DNA of 42,498 nt from a virus: IMG/VR virus record IMGVR_UViG_3300005836_000027, positions 1 to 42,498 of that record; one strand, given 5' to 3'. The position numbers and the translations under genes are program-made. Within the stretch, counting starts at the first letter, position 1; each line of letters begins with the position of its first letter. This document shows positions 1-8,408 of this stretch, piece after piece. Below the pieces are notes generated by a model that searched no databases, had not been told where the DNA came from, and worked only from the letters and a program-made list of their open reading frames with translations.

Positions 1-90
1 AACCTACGGAAGGTGTTCTTTCTTTCTGCTCCCATCCAATGAATTCCCTCCCTTGCTCCCATAAATGGTCTCTAATTAAAAAACTCCATA
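1..90. repeat. Terminal direct repeat, copy 1 (identical to 42409-42498)
   Basis: Bases 1-90 recur exactly at 42409-42498. The repeat runs into ORF 39-245, so it looks like circular-assembly overlap or circular permutation rather than a non-coding physical DTR. Confidence 0.9.
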
Positions 91-245
91 AAGATAGGTT
101 TAATTGGATTACTGTAGAAAAATGTAGAAAATGCTCCGAGGTTCAAGAGACTAATTGGAATTTACAGCTACATGGGGGGAAGTTTGAAACCATGTTCACT
201 CGTTCAACTGTGACCCCAGTCGATATTCTCAAAGATGAAATATAA
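39..245 (+). CDS. Hypothetical small Cys/His protein (CSH...CRKC)
   Basis: 68-aa ORF in the AT-rich island. No Shine-Dalgarno is visible upstream. It has a possible zinc-binding CxH...CxxC arrangement. Confidence 0.35.
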   Translation: MNSLPCSHKWSLIKKLHKDRFNWITVEKCRKCSEVQETNWNLQLHGGKFETMFTRSTVTPVDILKDEI

Positions 246-248
246 AAT

Positions 249-659
249 ATGAAAGCTATTTCCATGCCCAAAATTAAGATCTACGATAAAATGTGTCGAG
301 TATGCAGAATTGTCAAAAGGATTAGGTATTTTTATCGTAAATGGGATTCGGCAGATGGCAAGCAATCTATGTGTATTGATTGCAATAAGAAGCAATTAGA
401 TAAATATCGTTCGCGCTCTAAGGCTTTGTACTTGAAAAGAAAATATGGTGATGGGCACGACCATGCAATAGATGGCGGCACTTGCCAGATTTGCAATGAC
501 ACGTTTAAGAAACTAGTAGTCGATCACGACCATAAGACAAATGAGGTAAGAGGTTATTTATGTCGGAGATGCAACGTAATGCTAGGTATGGCATTAGACA
601 ACACACGGATACTGCTTAACGCTATCAAGTACATAGTGGCATACTATGAAAGACGGTAA
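249..659 (+). CDS. Endonuclease VII-family (HNH-type) nuclease
   Basis: The motif CQICN..LVVDHDHKTNEVRGYLCRRCNVMLGMALDN matches the T4 gp49 / Endonuclease_7 signature DHDHxTGxxRGxLCxxCNxxLG. There are also N-terminal CxxC...CxxC pairs. Confidence 0.8.
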   Translation: MKAISMPKIKIYDKMCRVCRIVKRIRYFYRKWDSADGKQSMCIDCNKKQLDKYRSRSKALYLKRKYGDGHDHAIDGGTCQICNDTFKKLVVDHDHKTNEVRGYLCRRCNVMLGMALDNTRILLNAIKYIVAYYERR

Positions 660-756
660 GTCAGCTAGTGAATGGGTATTATGGGCTAAGAGAATCAATT
701 GGCTAATGAGTTTGAGAAAGTGAATCGTAATCGTAAGATCTATTACTATAATTACC

Positions 757-818
757 CAACCTCTCAGAAAATTTTTATTAAATCAACCTCTCGGAAAATT
801 ATTTCCTCTCAGAAAATT
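757..818 (+). promoter_or_regulatory. Three direct repeats CCTCTC(A/G)GAAAATT in a 330-bp intergenic spacer
   Basis: Copies sit at 760-773, 787-800 and 805-818. Copies 1 and 2 extend to CAACCTCTC. They lie upstream of the long + strand late block. A protein-binding or iteron role is inferred only. Confidence 0.35.
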
Positions 819-1019
819 ATTTTATATTTCAGGGATAAATGAAAGTTCCTTGTGGTCCGCAGATGAAGGGTGAATTGAAGAAGGACCGGAGAAGGGTGAA
901 GTTCAAGAAGATGGGATTTAGTTTACTGAGTCGGAGGAAGCCCGGGTGGATAGAGAGGTCGCTTGACAAGGAGTTTAAAAAGAAATGAGTGATTGCATTA
1001 TTTGTATGGGGGCATGTTC

Positions 1020-2186
1020 ATGCGCGTAAGAGTTGGTGACTGTGTGGTGACGAAAGGCGAGAAGGAAGCTGTAATGCGGGTCTTGGATTCCAATCAACTG
1101 AGTCCTGGCCCGAGGGTGACGGAGTTTGAGCGGTTATTTGCTTTCGAGCATGGCGGGAAGTATGGAGTGATGGTGAACAGTGGTACGGACGCTTTGAGGA
1201 TTGCCCTTGGAGCGATGAAAGAGGTTCACAGGTGGCATGACGGAGACAAGGTGCTCGTTCCGGCGCTTACGTTTGTAGCGACGTTGAACGTGGTGTTGCA
1301 AAACAATTTGAGGCCGGTGCTGGTGGATATTGACCCGTTTGATTACGGGTTTAACCGTGAACAGCTTTTTTGGGGGAATAACGCCGAAGCCAAGTGCGTG
1401 ATGCCGGTGCATTTGTTCGGGAGGCCGACATCCTTGACGGGGCATATTCATCCCGGGAGTGTTTTATCGCAGGCGCGGTTGTTCAAGATAAAAGTGCTGG
1501 AGGATTCCTGCGAGTGTATGGGGATTTCGAAAGTGGCGGGCGACATTGCCTGTTATTCGATGTACGTGTGTCACTTGATTAACACGGGCGTGGGCGGCGT
1601 GGCGGTTACCAAAGACAAACGGTACGCCGAGATCATGCGATCACTCGCCAATCACGGAAGAGCCACCGATCATATTCCCGGATACAGACTCTCCAAAGAC
1701 ATCACGAGACGTTTTGTTTTTGACCGCATCGGATATTCGTCACGCCCGACAGAGATTGAAGCGGCGCTCGGCATTGAACAGTTGAAGCGCCTTCCCGCGT
1801 TCGTTGAAAGACGCCAACAGGTCGCTCTGCGGATGATTGAAAAGATGTCGGAGATTGACGACGTTTACCGCTATTTCCGCTTTGCCTTCAAAGAAGAAGT
1901 GCCGCTCTCGTCGTGGATGATGTTTCCCGTCGTGGTTCAGCCGTGGGCGAACATCGATAAATGGGATCTCTGCAAGTTCTTGGAGAAGAACGGCATTGAG
2001 ACGCGCGAGATGTTGCCGCTCACGAACCAGCCCTGCTACAAAGAGCTGAAAATAAATCCGAAAGATTACCCGCAGGCGGATTTAGTGAACCGGAACGGCT
2101 TTTACGTCGGATGTCATCCCGGCATGACGAACCAGGACGCCGATCATATTGCCGAAACTTTTCGTCGTTACTTGCAAGATCGATGA
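1020..2186 (+). CDS. DegT/DnrJ/EryC1/StrS-family PLP/PMP-dependent sugar-modifying enzyme (aminotransferase fold, possible 3-dehydratase)
   Basis: Family motifs are VTEFERLFAFEHGGKYGVMVNSGTDALRIALGAM, LVPALTFVATLN, PVHLFG, VLEDSCECMG and YSMYVCHLINTGVGG. The ORF is open from 993 (TTG). ATG 1020 has the best spacing to the GGGGG run at 1008-1012. Confidence 0.85.
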   Translation: MRVRVGDCVVTKGEKEAVMRVLDSNQLSPGPRVTEFERLFAFEHGGKYGVMVNSGTDALRIALGAMKEVHRWHDGDKVLVPALTFVATLNVVLQNNLRPVLVDIDPFDYGFNREQLFWGNNAEAKCVMPVHLFGRPTSLTGHIHPGSVLSQARLFKIKVLEDSCECMGISKVAGDIACYSMYVCHLINTGVGGVAVTKDKRYAEIMRSLANHGRATDHIPGYRLSKDITRRFVFDRIGYSSRPTEIEAALGIEQLKRLPAFVERRQQVALRMIEKMSEIDDVYRYFRFAFKEEVPLSSWMMFPVVVQPWANIDKWDLCKFLEKNGIETREMLPLTNQPCYKELKINPKDYPQADLVNRNGFYVGCHPGMTNQDADHIAETFRRYLQDR

Positions 2187-2208
2187 AAAACTGTTAAATA
2201 GTCAGTAA

Positions 2209-2257
2209 TCCCGGCAGGATTAAAGCAATCTCTTTTCCGATTTGCCCCCTGCCGGGA
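2209..2257. other. Perfect 10-bp inverted repeat TCCCGGCAGG / CCTGCCGGGA with a 29-nt loop
   Basis: Arms are at 2209-2218 and 2248-2257, between the DegT-like gene and the putative terS. No T-run follows. It overlaps the TTG start proposed by the ORF track at 2242. Confidence 0.5.
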
Positions 2258-2304
2258 GCAATCGGCGCAAGCGAACCCTGAAATCCGTTTTGCTTGCGAC
2301 CGTT

Positions 2305-2883
2305 ATGCAGGACGAAGATAAAGCCCTCCGCCGTCACTTCAGATCCAAATCCCGCAACGTCGCTCGACATCGTGACAAGACCGCCGTTTCACTCCGATAC
2401 GACGATTCAGGGAAACCGCTTACCGAAGAAACCTTTGACGCTAGAAAACATTTAAAGCTCCTTGATCAGAACGATTGGCGGTTCTTGGAAGCATGGAAAC
2501 GCCACGACTATAATTCCGAAAAAGCCGGGCATGAGCTAAACCTCTCGGACTATTCCGTGAAAGCGCTCGTGAAGAAACTCGAGCCTTTTCGTTTGGAGGA
2601 GCTTCACGATAAGGCGCTCGCGCAGATCCCCACCTCCACGTTCATTCAGGCCAGACATGTCGAGAATTTGTACCAGCCGATAGAAAAGAAACTCTCAGAC
2701 TCCGATCAGAAGTCGCTTCAGGAACTCGCCAAGATTCAGGGCGCGTACAAAAACACGAACCAGATCAACATCCAGAACAATGTGTTCCAGATGCCGAGCA
2801 TGACGCCCGAACAGCAGGCAGAGCTGAAAGCTCTGGGAGATCGTTTAGCCGATGTCGTGGACGCAGAGGTCGCTCATGGCTGA
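2305..2883 (+). CDS. terS: Putative terminase small subunit
   Basis: It lies immediately upstream of, and overlaps, the large terminase gene. The segment HDYNSEKAGHELNLSDYSVKALVKK looks HTH-like. The ORF is open from 2242 (TTG), and the first ATG is at 2305. Confidence 0.45.
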   Translation: MQDEDKALRRHFRSKSRNVARHRDKTAVSLRYDDSGKPLTEETFDARKHLKLLDQNDWRFLEAWKRHDYNSEKAGHELNLSDYSVKALVKKLEPFRLEELHDKALAQIPTSTFIQARHVENLYQPIEKKLSDSDQKSLQELAKIQGAYKNTNQINIQNNVFQMPSMTPEQQAELKALGDRLADVVDAEVAHG

Positions 2884-4333
2884 CGTGCGTCCATGGCTCC
2901 TCGCGCAAGGATCGCTGAAATTCTTTATGACGAAGTATCTCCACGACCCCAAGACGGGCGAACTTCTTCGGTGGCTTCCGCATTACGACGCGTGGTATCG
3001 AATCGCCTGTGATGAGAAACGCTCGAATGTGGAGTCTCCCAGAGGCCATGGCAAATCCGTATTCTGGAGTTACGCGCTTCCCTTGTGGGACGTGATCCGA
3101 GGCGGAGCGGATTTTCTGCTTGTGTCATATTCCGAAGGACAGACCGTTGAACTCTTAAGACTAATTAGAAATGAGGTGGAGTCCAATGAATTCCTTGCCC
3201 CTTTACGTCCCTCCACAAAAGAAATCTGGATGGCTGATAAACTCGGCTTTAGTGATGGAGGCATTATTCGTGGTCTTGGCTTTGGTACCTCTGCTCGCGG
3301 GTTACATCCTAAGCGAATTGTTGGCGACGATATGCTCAAAGATTCAGGCGGGATCTCGCCCGAAGAACAGGAACGGTTCTGGTTCGGAGTAGTCGCCGGG
3401 ATGGCGATGCCTGAAACAAAAATCCACGCCATCGGAACGCCCATTGACTTCGACGATCTTCTCCAGAAACTCGAGAACAATCCCGTGTACTTCAACTGGA
3501 AAAAGCCCGCGCTCTTAAAAGACGGAGCGCCCATGTGCCCACAGCTTTTCACGAAAGAGAACTTGGAATTCAAGCGTCAGGAACAGGGCTCCTTACAGTT
3601 CGCAAGAGAATTTATGCTTGAACGCATTGATCCGGCGACTCAGCCCTTTAAGCGTGAGTACGAAACGCTTTACGAAGAAGCCCCCGCTCGTGAACGATAC
3701 ATGGTGGTGAACACCATCTGCGATCCGGCCTATACGGAGAACGACGGCGACGGCACCGCCATCATCACGATGGGCATTACCCACGGCAATCATGGATACG
3801 TGCTCATGCGGTCGCTTATCCGAAGAGAAGATCCCGGCATGATCGTGGACGAACTCTATAAGCACATTCATGCTCACGCGCCTGACAATGTAGGCATCAA
3901 GCGCCGCAAAGGCGACGCGATCTCGTTTACATTTAACGAGCGCCGCGTCCGTGACCAGATGTGGAATTTCAAGTACGTGGAAATTAAAGACACGAAATCG
4001 AAAACCGATAAATCAAGAATTGGCGGCCTTGTTCCCCGGTGGGAAGCCCGAAGTATTCACATCCACAAAGAGATGAAAGATCTGCTCAAGCAGTTCTATG
4101 AGTTCAGGCTGGACGACTCTCATCAGCACGATGACATGGTGGACGCGCTCGCGGATTGTTTTTCGCCGGACGTGGCGCGCCCGAACGCAGGGCATCAGTA
4201 TGTGCCGCGTCCGGAGACGTCTCGCGTGGGGGTTCCCCTTTACGGAATCGGAAACGGAAAAAGCCGGGCCTCGGACGGACAGGTGGAAGATGTTCTCAAG
4301 AGCTGGAAAGTCGTTTCGAAAGTCGCCGCTTAA
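2852..4333 (+). CDS. terL: Terminase large subunit
   Basis: Walker A-like PRGHGKS and Walker B-like RIVGDDML are present. The C-terminal nuclease motifs are ICDPAYTENDGDGTAI and HQHDDMVDALADC. An alternative start is ATG 2876. Confidence 0.9.
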   Translation: MSWTQRSLMADVRPWLLAQGSLKFFMTKYLHDPKTGELLRWLPHYDAWYRIACDEKRSNVESPRGHGKSVFWSYALPLWDVIRGGADFLLVSYSEGQTVELLRLIRNEVESNEFLAPLRPSTKEIWMADKLGFSDGGIIRGLGFGTSARGLHPKRIVGDDMLKDSGGISPEEQERFWFGVVAGMAMPETKIHAIGTPIDFDDLLQKLENNPVYFNWKKPALLKDGAPMCPQLFTKENLEFKRQEQGSLQFAREFMLERIDPATQPFKREYETLYEEAPARERYMVVNTICDPAYTENDGDGTAIITMGITHGNHGYVLMRSLIRREDPGMIVDELYKHIHAHAPDNVGIKRRKGDAISFTFNERRVRDQMWNFKYVEIKDTKSKTDKSRIGGLVPRWEARSIHIHKEMKDLLKQFYEFRLDDSHQHDDMVDALADCFSPDVARPNAGHQYVPRPETSRVGVPLYGIGNGKSRASDGQVEDVLKSWKVVSKVAA

Positions 4334-4342
4334 GGAGGCCGT

Positions 4343-4552
4343 ATGTTTAAAAAAGAAGTGAAGGGTGTGACGTATCCGCACACCGTGGACAGCTCTCACG
4401 GCATTACCAAAGAGATTCCGAGAGACACAAGCACAACGCCGAACTCAAGCATTACGGAAGCCGTGAACGAGGCGGGAAACGCCGGACGGCTTAAGGTGGC
4501 GTACAACGTCGGCAAGCGCCCGGAAACGAAGTCCGTTCAATCAACGAGATAG
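4343..4552 (+). CDS. Hypothetical protein
   Basis: 69-aa ORF preceded by a strong SD (TAAGGAGG) 4 nt upstream of the ATG. Confidence 0.5.
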   Translation: MFKKEVKGVTYPHTVDSSHGITKEIPRDTSTTPNSSITEAVNEAGNAGRLKVAYNVGKRPETKSVQSTR

Positions 4553-4591
4553 GAGTGTTTATGGCAAAGAAAAAGAAAGGCAAGAAATCAC

Positions 4592-4792
4592 ATGGTTGCT
4601 AAAAAAAGAAAATACGTCTGGAAAAAGAGCGTGGAAGAGGCGCCTGCCGAAGAGACGGTTTCCGCGCAAGTCCCTGCGCCGCCGGTCGTGGAAGCGAAGC
4701 TCCCGATCAAAGACGCGCAGGTTCTTTGCGATTGCGGAAATCCCGCGAACCCCGGCGACCATCAGTGCTGGCGCTGTTCGCATAGGACATAA
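4592..4792 (+). CDS. Small Lys-rich protein with a C-terminal zinc knuckle (CDC...CWRC)
   Basis: 66-aa ORF whose stop directly abuts the portal ATG (TAAATG). It has no SD of its own. Its ATG lies inside a 13-codon micro-ORF (4561-4602) that does have a strong SD. Confidence 0.4.
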   Translation: MVAKKRKYVWKKSVEEAPAEETVSAQVPAPPVVEAKLPIKDAQVLCDCGNPANPGDHQCWRCSHRT

Positions 4793-6865
4793 ATGCAAGA
4801 GAACATTCAAGAGGGCGTGTCGCAAGGGATTCCCGGGGAAGATCCCCTTGTCGTCAAACGCAAGAACGAACTGCTCATGTACGTCCAGAGCTTCTACCGG
4901 CGAAGCTGGGATTGGCGTTCACAGCGCTTTCATTCCAAATGGGACAGGAATGACCGGGACTATAATTCCATTTACGATCCCGTCAGGGCCTCTCAGAAAG
5001 AGCCGTGGCAGGAAACGATTCATACGGGCCTCACCGTACAGAACATCGAGGTTATCCATTCTCAAATCTACAAAACGATGATGGCTCCCCGTCCCTGCGT
5101 TCAGACCCAGGCCGGTCCTGCGGGTGACAATCTACAGGCGCGGCTCATGCAGGATTGCGTGGCCGATCAGTTCCAAAAGGGCCAATTTGACGTGAGCTTT
5201 TACGATACGTCGAAAGAGGCCGTGAAGTACGGCTCCGGGTTTATGAAGATGTACTGGGAAAAAGTGGAAGATACCCGCACCCGGCGCGTTCCCGTGATGC
5301 AATCGCCTATGGATCAGATCGCGTCCATGCCTCCCGAGGCCATGACCGGACAAGTCCCGCTTCCGTCCCCGTCCATTCAGGGGTTCCAGATGCAGAATCA
5401 GGTGATCCTGATTAAAGACCAGATGTGCTACAAGTACGTCCATATCCGCGACGTGTTTCCAGAGCCGAACACGACCACATGGGATAAGCTCATCCACCGC
5501 GACAAAATCACTTATGGCGAGATTGTGAAGAATATCCGCGCGGGCGCGTTCTTTGACGTGCGGGCACAGCTTGAAAACGTGACGGAAGGCGAGAAGTTTG
5601 AATCGGATCTTTCCACCATCAAGCAGGAACTCGGATACTTCGACACGAACAGGACGCTTTCCAAATTCGAGAAGAGACATACGGTCTGGGAACTCTGGTG
5701 CCCGATTCCGCGCAAGTGGATTAAGTTTGATATCCCGGACGGCGATGACGCGGAAATCCTGGTCCCCGCCAAAGTCATGATCGCGTCCAATATGGCGCTC
5801 CTGGCGTCCGAGGAAAACTATTTATTTGACGGCGAAACGCCCATTCTCAAAATGGATTACATCCGTACGGGGCAATCCTACGGCATGGGCGTGTGCGACT
5901 TGATTGGAGACGATCAGCCGTTGTCGAACGAAATCGTGTCGAGTCGCATCGATAACTTGAATCTCATTCTCCATAAAGGCATGGCGGTGGTTGAAAACGG
6001 GCTCGTGAACCCCGAAGAGGACATGACGGTCAAGCCCGGATGGGTGCTTCGTTTTAAGCAGATGGTGGACGATGTGCGGAAGTTTTTAGTGCCGATTGAG
6101 TTCCCAGACGTGACGGCCTCAGCCTACCGGGAAAATATTGAAGTCGGACTTCGCGTTCAGGAAAAGACGGGCGCCAACAAAGTGACGCTCGGAACCTCCA
6201 GCCAAGTAACCGACACCAATCAAACGCTTGGCGGGATGGAACTCCTCAAGCAGATGTTCAATGAACGCGTGGCGGCCTTGGGGATGGTGATTGAGTCCGT
6301 GTTTCTTGTCGTGGCGGCCCGGAAAACCTACGGGAGCATATACCAGAGGTTTGCGTCCGACCCCGAAGGGCTCAAGTTTATCCTAGGCGACGACATGGTG
6401 GTGATTGGCGAGCTTCCGAACCCCATGGGCCCGGCGTACCCGCCCATCCCCCATCAGGTTCCGCGTTATATGGCGTTTGCTTTTGTGCCGCCTGAGATCG
6501 TGAACAATGCTTACATTTACAAGCCGATGGGGATTTTCTCCATGGAGAACAAGATCGTGAAATCCGCGCAGGTGATGGACATGATCAAGCTCAACATGGG
6601 GAATCCAGGCTTTGACACGCAAGCGGCAAGCAAGTATTTGGCCGTTGACATTCAAGGCATCAACGAGGCCGAGAAGTGGTTTAGAGAAGTTCCCATGATT
6701 CCTCTAGCGATGATTCCGCCAGAGCTTCTTCCCATGATTCTTCCGCCCCCTGGCGGAGGTTCCACGAACAAGAAGAACACGCCAGGGATGAAATCAGGCC
6801 CGAACGGAAACGGGGCGACGTTTGCGCCGCCCAATCCCGTCAATCGTCAGCCGGTGGCTCCATGA
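4793..6865 (+). CDS. Portal protein
   Basis: 690 aa, located between terminase and scaffold/capsid. Size and synteny are typical of podovirus portals. No motif-level proof. Confidence 0.7.
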   Translation: MQENIQEGVSQGIPGEDPLVVKRKNELLMYVQSFYRRSWDWRSQRFHSKWDRNDRDYNSIYDPVRASQKEPWQETIHTGLTVQNIEVIHSQIYKTMMAPRPCVQTQAGPAGDNLQARLMQDCVADQFQKGQFDVSFYDTSKEAVKYGSGFMKMYWEKVEDTRTRRVPVMQSPMDQIASMPPEAMTGQVPLPSPSIQGFQMQNQVILIKDQMCYKYVHIRDVFPEPNTTTWDKLIHRDKITYGEIVKNIRAGAFFDVRAQLENVTEGEKFESDLSTIKQELGYFDTNRTLSKFEKRHTVWELWCPIPRKWIKFDIPDGDDAEILVPAKVMIASNMALLASEENYLFDGETPILKMDYIRTGQSYGMGVCDLIGDDQPLSNEIVSSRIDNLNLILHKGMAVVENGLVNPEEDMTVKPGWVLRFKQMVDDVRKFLVPIEFPDVTASAYRENIEVGLRVQEKTGANKVTLGTSSQVTDTNQTLGGMELLKQMFNERVAALGMVIESVFLVVAARKTYGSIYQRFASDPEGLKFILGDDMVVIGELPNPMGPAYPPIPHQVPRYMAFAFVPPEIVNNAYIYKPMGIFSMENKIVKSAQVMDMIKLNMGNPGFDTQAASKYLAVDIQGINEAEKWFREVPMIPLAMIPPELLPMILPPPGGGSTNKKNTPGMKSGPNGNGATFAPPNPVNRQPVAP

Positions 6866-7191
6866 AGAAGATCCCGGCCATGATCCGTGAATGGTTTTCG
6901 CCCAAGGCTTTGCAGGGCTTGGACGTTCAGGACGTGCTCTCGGCGATGGCTGACCCCGTGATCCGAAAGATTTGGGTTTCAGATGTTTATGACGAATTGC
7001 AGAGGCTCAATTTGGAAGTGGACGCCCGGTTATCGAGCGGAAAAGCCTCAGACGTGACAGATTTGGCGGCAAGACGAAAAGCCTATCAGGACGTTCTCTT
7101 AGGCGTTCTCTCCGCCAGAAGACGGGTGAAGAGCCTCAATCCGCAGTCAGGGACGTTTGATCTTGACAGCGTGACGGTTCATCCCGTTTGA
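6862..7191 (+). CDS. Hypothetical protein (head module)
   Basis: 109-aa ORF, ATGA-coupled to the portal stop. Confidence 0.5.
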   Translation: MKKIPAMIREWFSPKALQGLDVQDVLSAMADPVIRKIWVSDVYDELQRLNLEVDARLSSGKASDVTDLAARRKAYQDVLLGVLSARRRVKSLNPQSGTFDLDSVTVHPV

Positions 7192-7246
7192 GACATTCAA
7201 CAAAGATAGCCCACAATCCTGAGATGGACGGGCCTAGGAGATCAAA

Positions 7247-8329
7247 ATGGGAGTAGAACTAGCGGCAGAAGATGTTCAAGACGTAAGCGTTGTTTTGTCA
7301 CAGGCACAACCGCCTGAATCGGCACAACCCGCAAATCAGCCTTCTCCAGTCAAACTGGACAAGGAGACGGTTCGCGCGGCGACGATGCAAGCGGCCAGGC
7401 AGGGCATTGATCCCTTCAGCATGGTGGTAGGTGATCTGAACCAAGGACAATCCCCCCATGGGGGGCAAGCTCCTGCTCCACAGAAAACTGTACAGGCTGA
7501 AACTCCTGTAGAAGTGCCTGAAAAGTTCAAGAAACCGACTGGGGAAGTGGACGTTGAGAAGCTAAAGACTTCCACCGAGCGGCTTGATGAGGCGATTGAG
7601 AAAAAAGAACAGGCGATTAGTAAATCGATTGACGATTACGTGACGGAATACCGCACCAAAGAGGCCAAGCTGAGAAACCTGCCCAACCCTGAAAAGTTGG
7701 CGGCAAACCTTCAGACGCCACCTCCTGCGGTGGTTCCTCCTCCGGTTCCGATGGACCCGAACATGATCCGCGCCCGTATTGAACAGGACTTTGAGCGCGA
7801 TAAGATCGGGACGTTATCGGACCTGGTGGATATCATGATCAAACAGCGCATGGGGTCTGAAATTGCCCCTTTACGCGAGGATCTTGAACAAGTCCGCATT
7901 GATCGACAGGACCGACAGTTGCGTTCGAACTTGAAGGATTTAGCGGACAAAGATCCAAGGATTTTAAATCCGAGGGTATTTGCCGCGATCACGGCCAAGC
8001 TCGACGCCACGCCTGAACTCTGGAACTTAAAGAACCCTCATAAAGCCGCTTGGCTGGACGTTAAGGATGAGTTGCGTCTGGGTGACGCGCCGCAAGGCGT
8101 GTCGGCACAACCCAGCAGGTCGCCAAGCCCGATTCTGGGCGGCGGCACACCACCTCCTGCCCCGTCGTCGTCAGACAGTACTGCGCTTTCGGTCGATACG
8201 CTCTTGCAGGCCGCCTCTCGTCTTGGACGTGACCCGAGGGACGTTAAATACGACCCTCAACAGGCCGCGAACATGCGCGCCGCCGCCAAAGAGCTATTCG
8301 ATAGATTAGACCGTAATGCGCGTCGCTGA
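7247..8329 (+). CDS. Putative scaffolding protein
   Basis: 360 aa with a Pro/Gln/Ala-rich N-terminus followed by charged helical (coiled-coil-like) sequence. It sits directly upstream of the major capsid gene and has an SD (TAGGAG). Confidence 0.55.
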   Translation: MGVELAAEDVQDVSVVLSQAQPPESAQPANQPSPVKLDKETVRAATMQAARQGIDPFSMVVGDLNQGQSPHGGQAPAPQKTVQAETPVEVPEKFKKPTGEVDVEKLKTSTERLDEAIEKKEQAISKSIDDYVTEYRTKEAKLRNLPNPEKLAANLQTPPPAVVPPPVPMDPNMIRARIEQDFERDKIGTLSDLVDIMIKQRMGSEIAPLREDLEQVRIDRQDRQLRSNLKDLADKDPRILNPRVFAAITAKLDATPELWNLKNPHKAAWLDVKDELRLGDAPQGVSAQPSRSPSPILGGGTPPPAPSSSDSTALSVDTLLQAASRLGRDPRDVKYDPQQAANMRAAAKELFDRLDRNARR

Positions 8330-8408
8330 CGTATCCGTCCGCTAAACATTTAGTGCAAAAAGGGCCTTGTCATAAACGTCTAACGACGTGACGGACTAGG
8401 CAGATAAT

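Noticed and set aside
863-988. 41-aa highly basic ORF (MKGELKKDRRRVKFKK...) in the spacer upstream of the DegT-like gene
   Set aside because: There is no SD or coupling. It coincides with the imperfect GAAGGGTGAA direct repeat, so it is more likely regulatory DNA. I could not support it as a gene.
1134-1451. Antisense or alternate-frame shadow ORFs inside long genes. Examples are 1134-1451(-), 3070-3573(-), 4013-4399(-), 5132-5680(-), 10664-11110(-), 11237-11569(-), 14557-15075(-), 21918-22337(-), 26246-26602(-) and 12998-13393(-).
   Set aside because: All lie wholly within better-supported, family-assignable genes on the other strand. They are Arg/His/Ser/Pro-skewed and lack SD sequences, which is typical of shadow frames in moderately GC-rich coding DNA.
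4596-5081. 161-aa Arg/Lys-rich + strand ORF overlapping the portal start, and the similar 14932-15507 ORF overlapping the 873-aa gene
   Set aside because: These are out-of-frame overlaps of long, clearly coding genes with low-complexity basic composition. No start-site signals are present.
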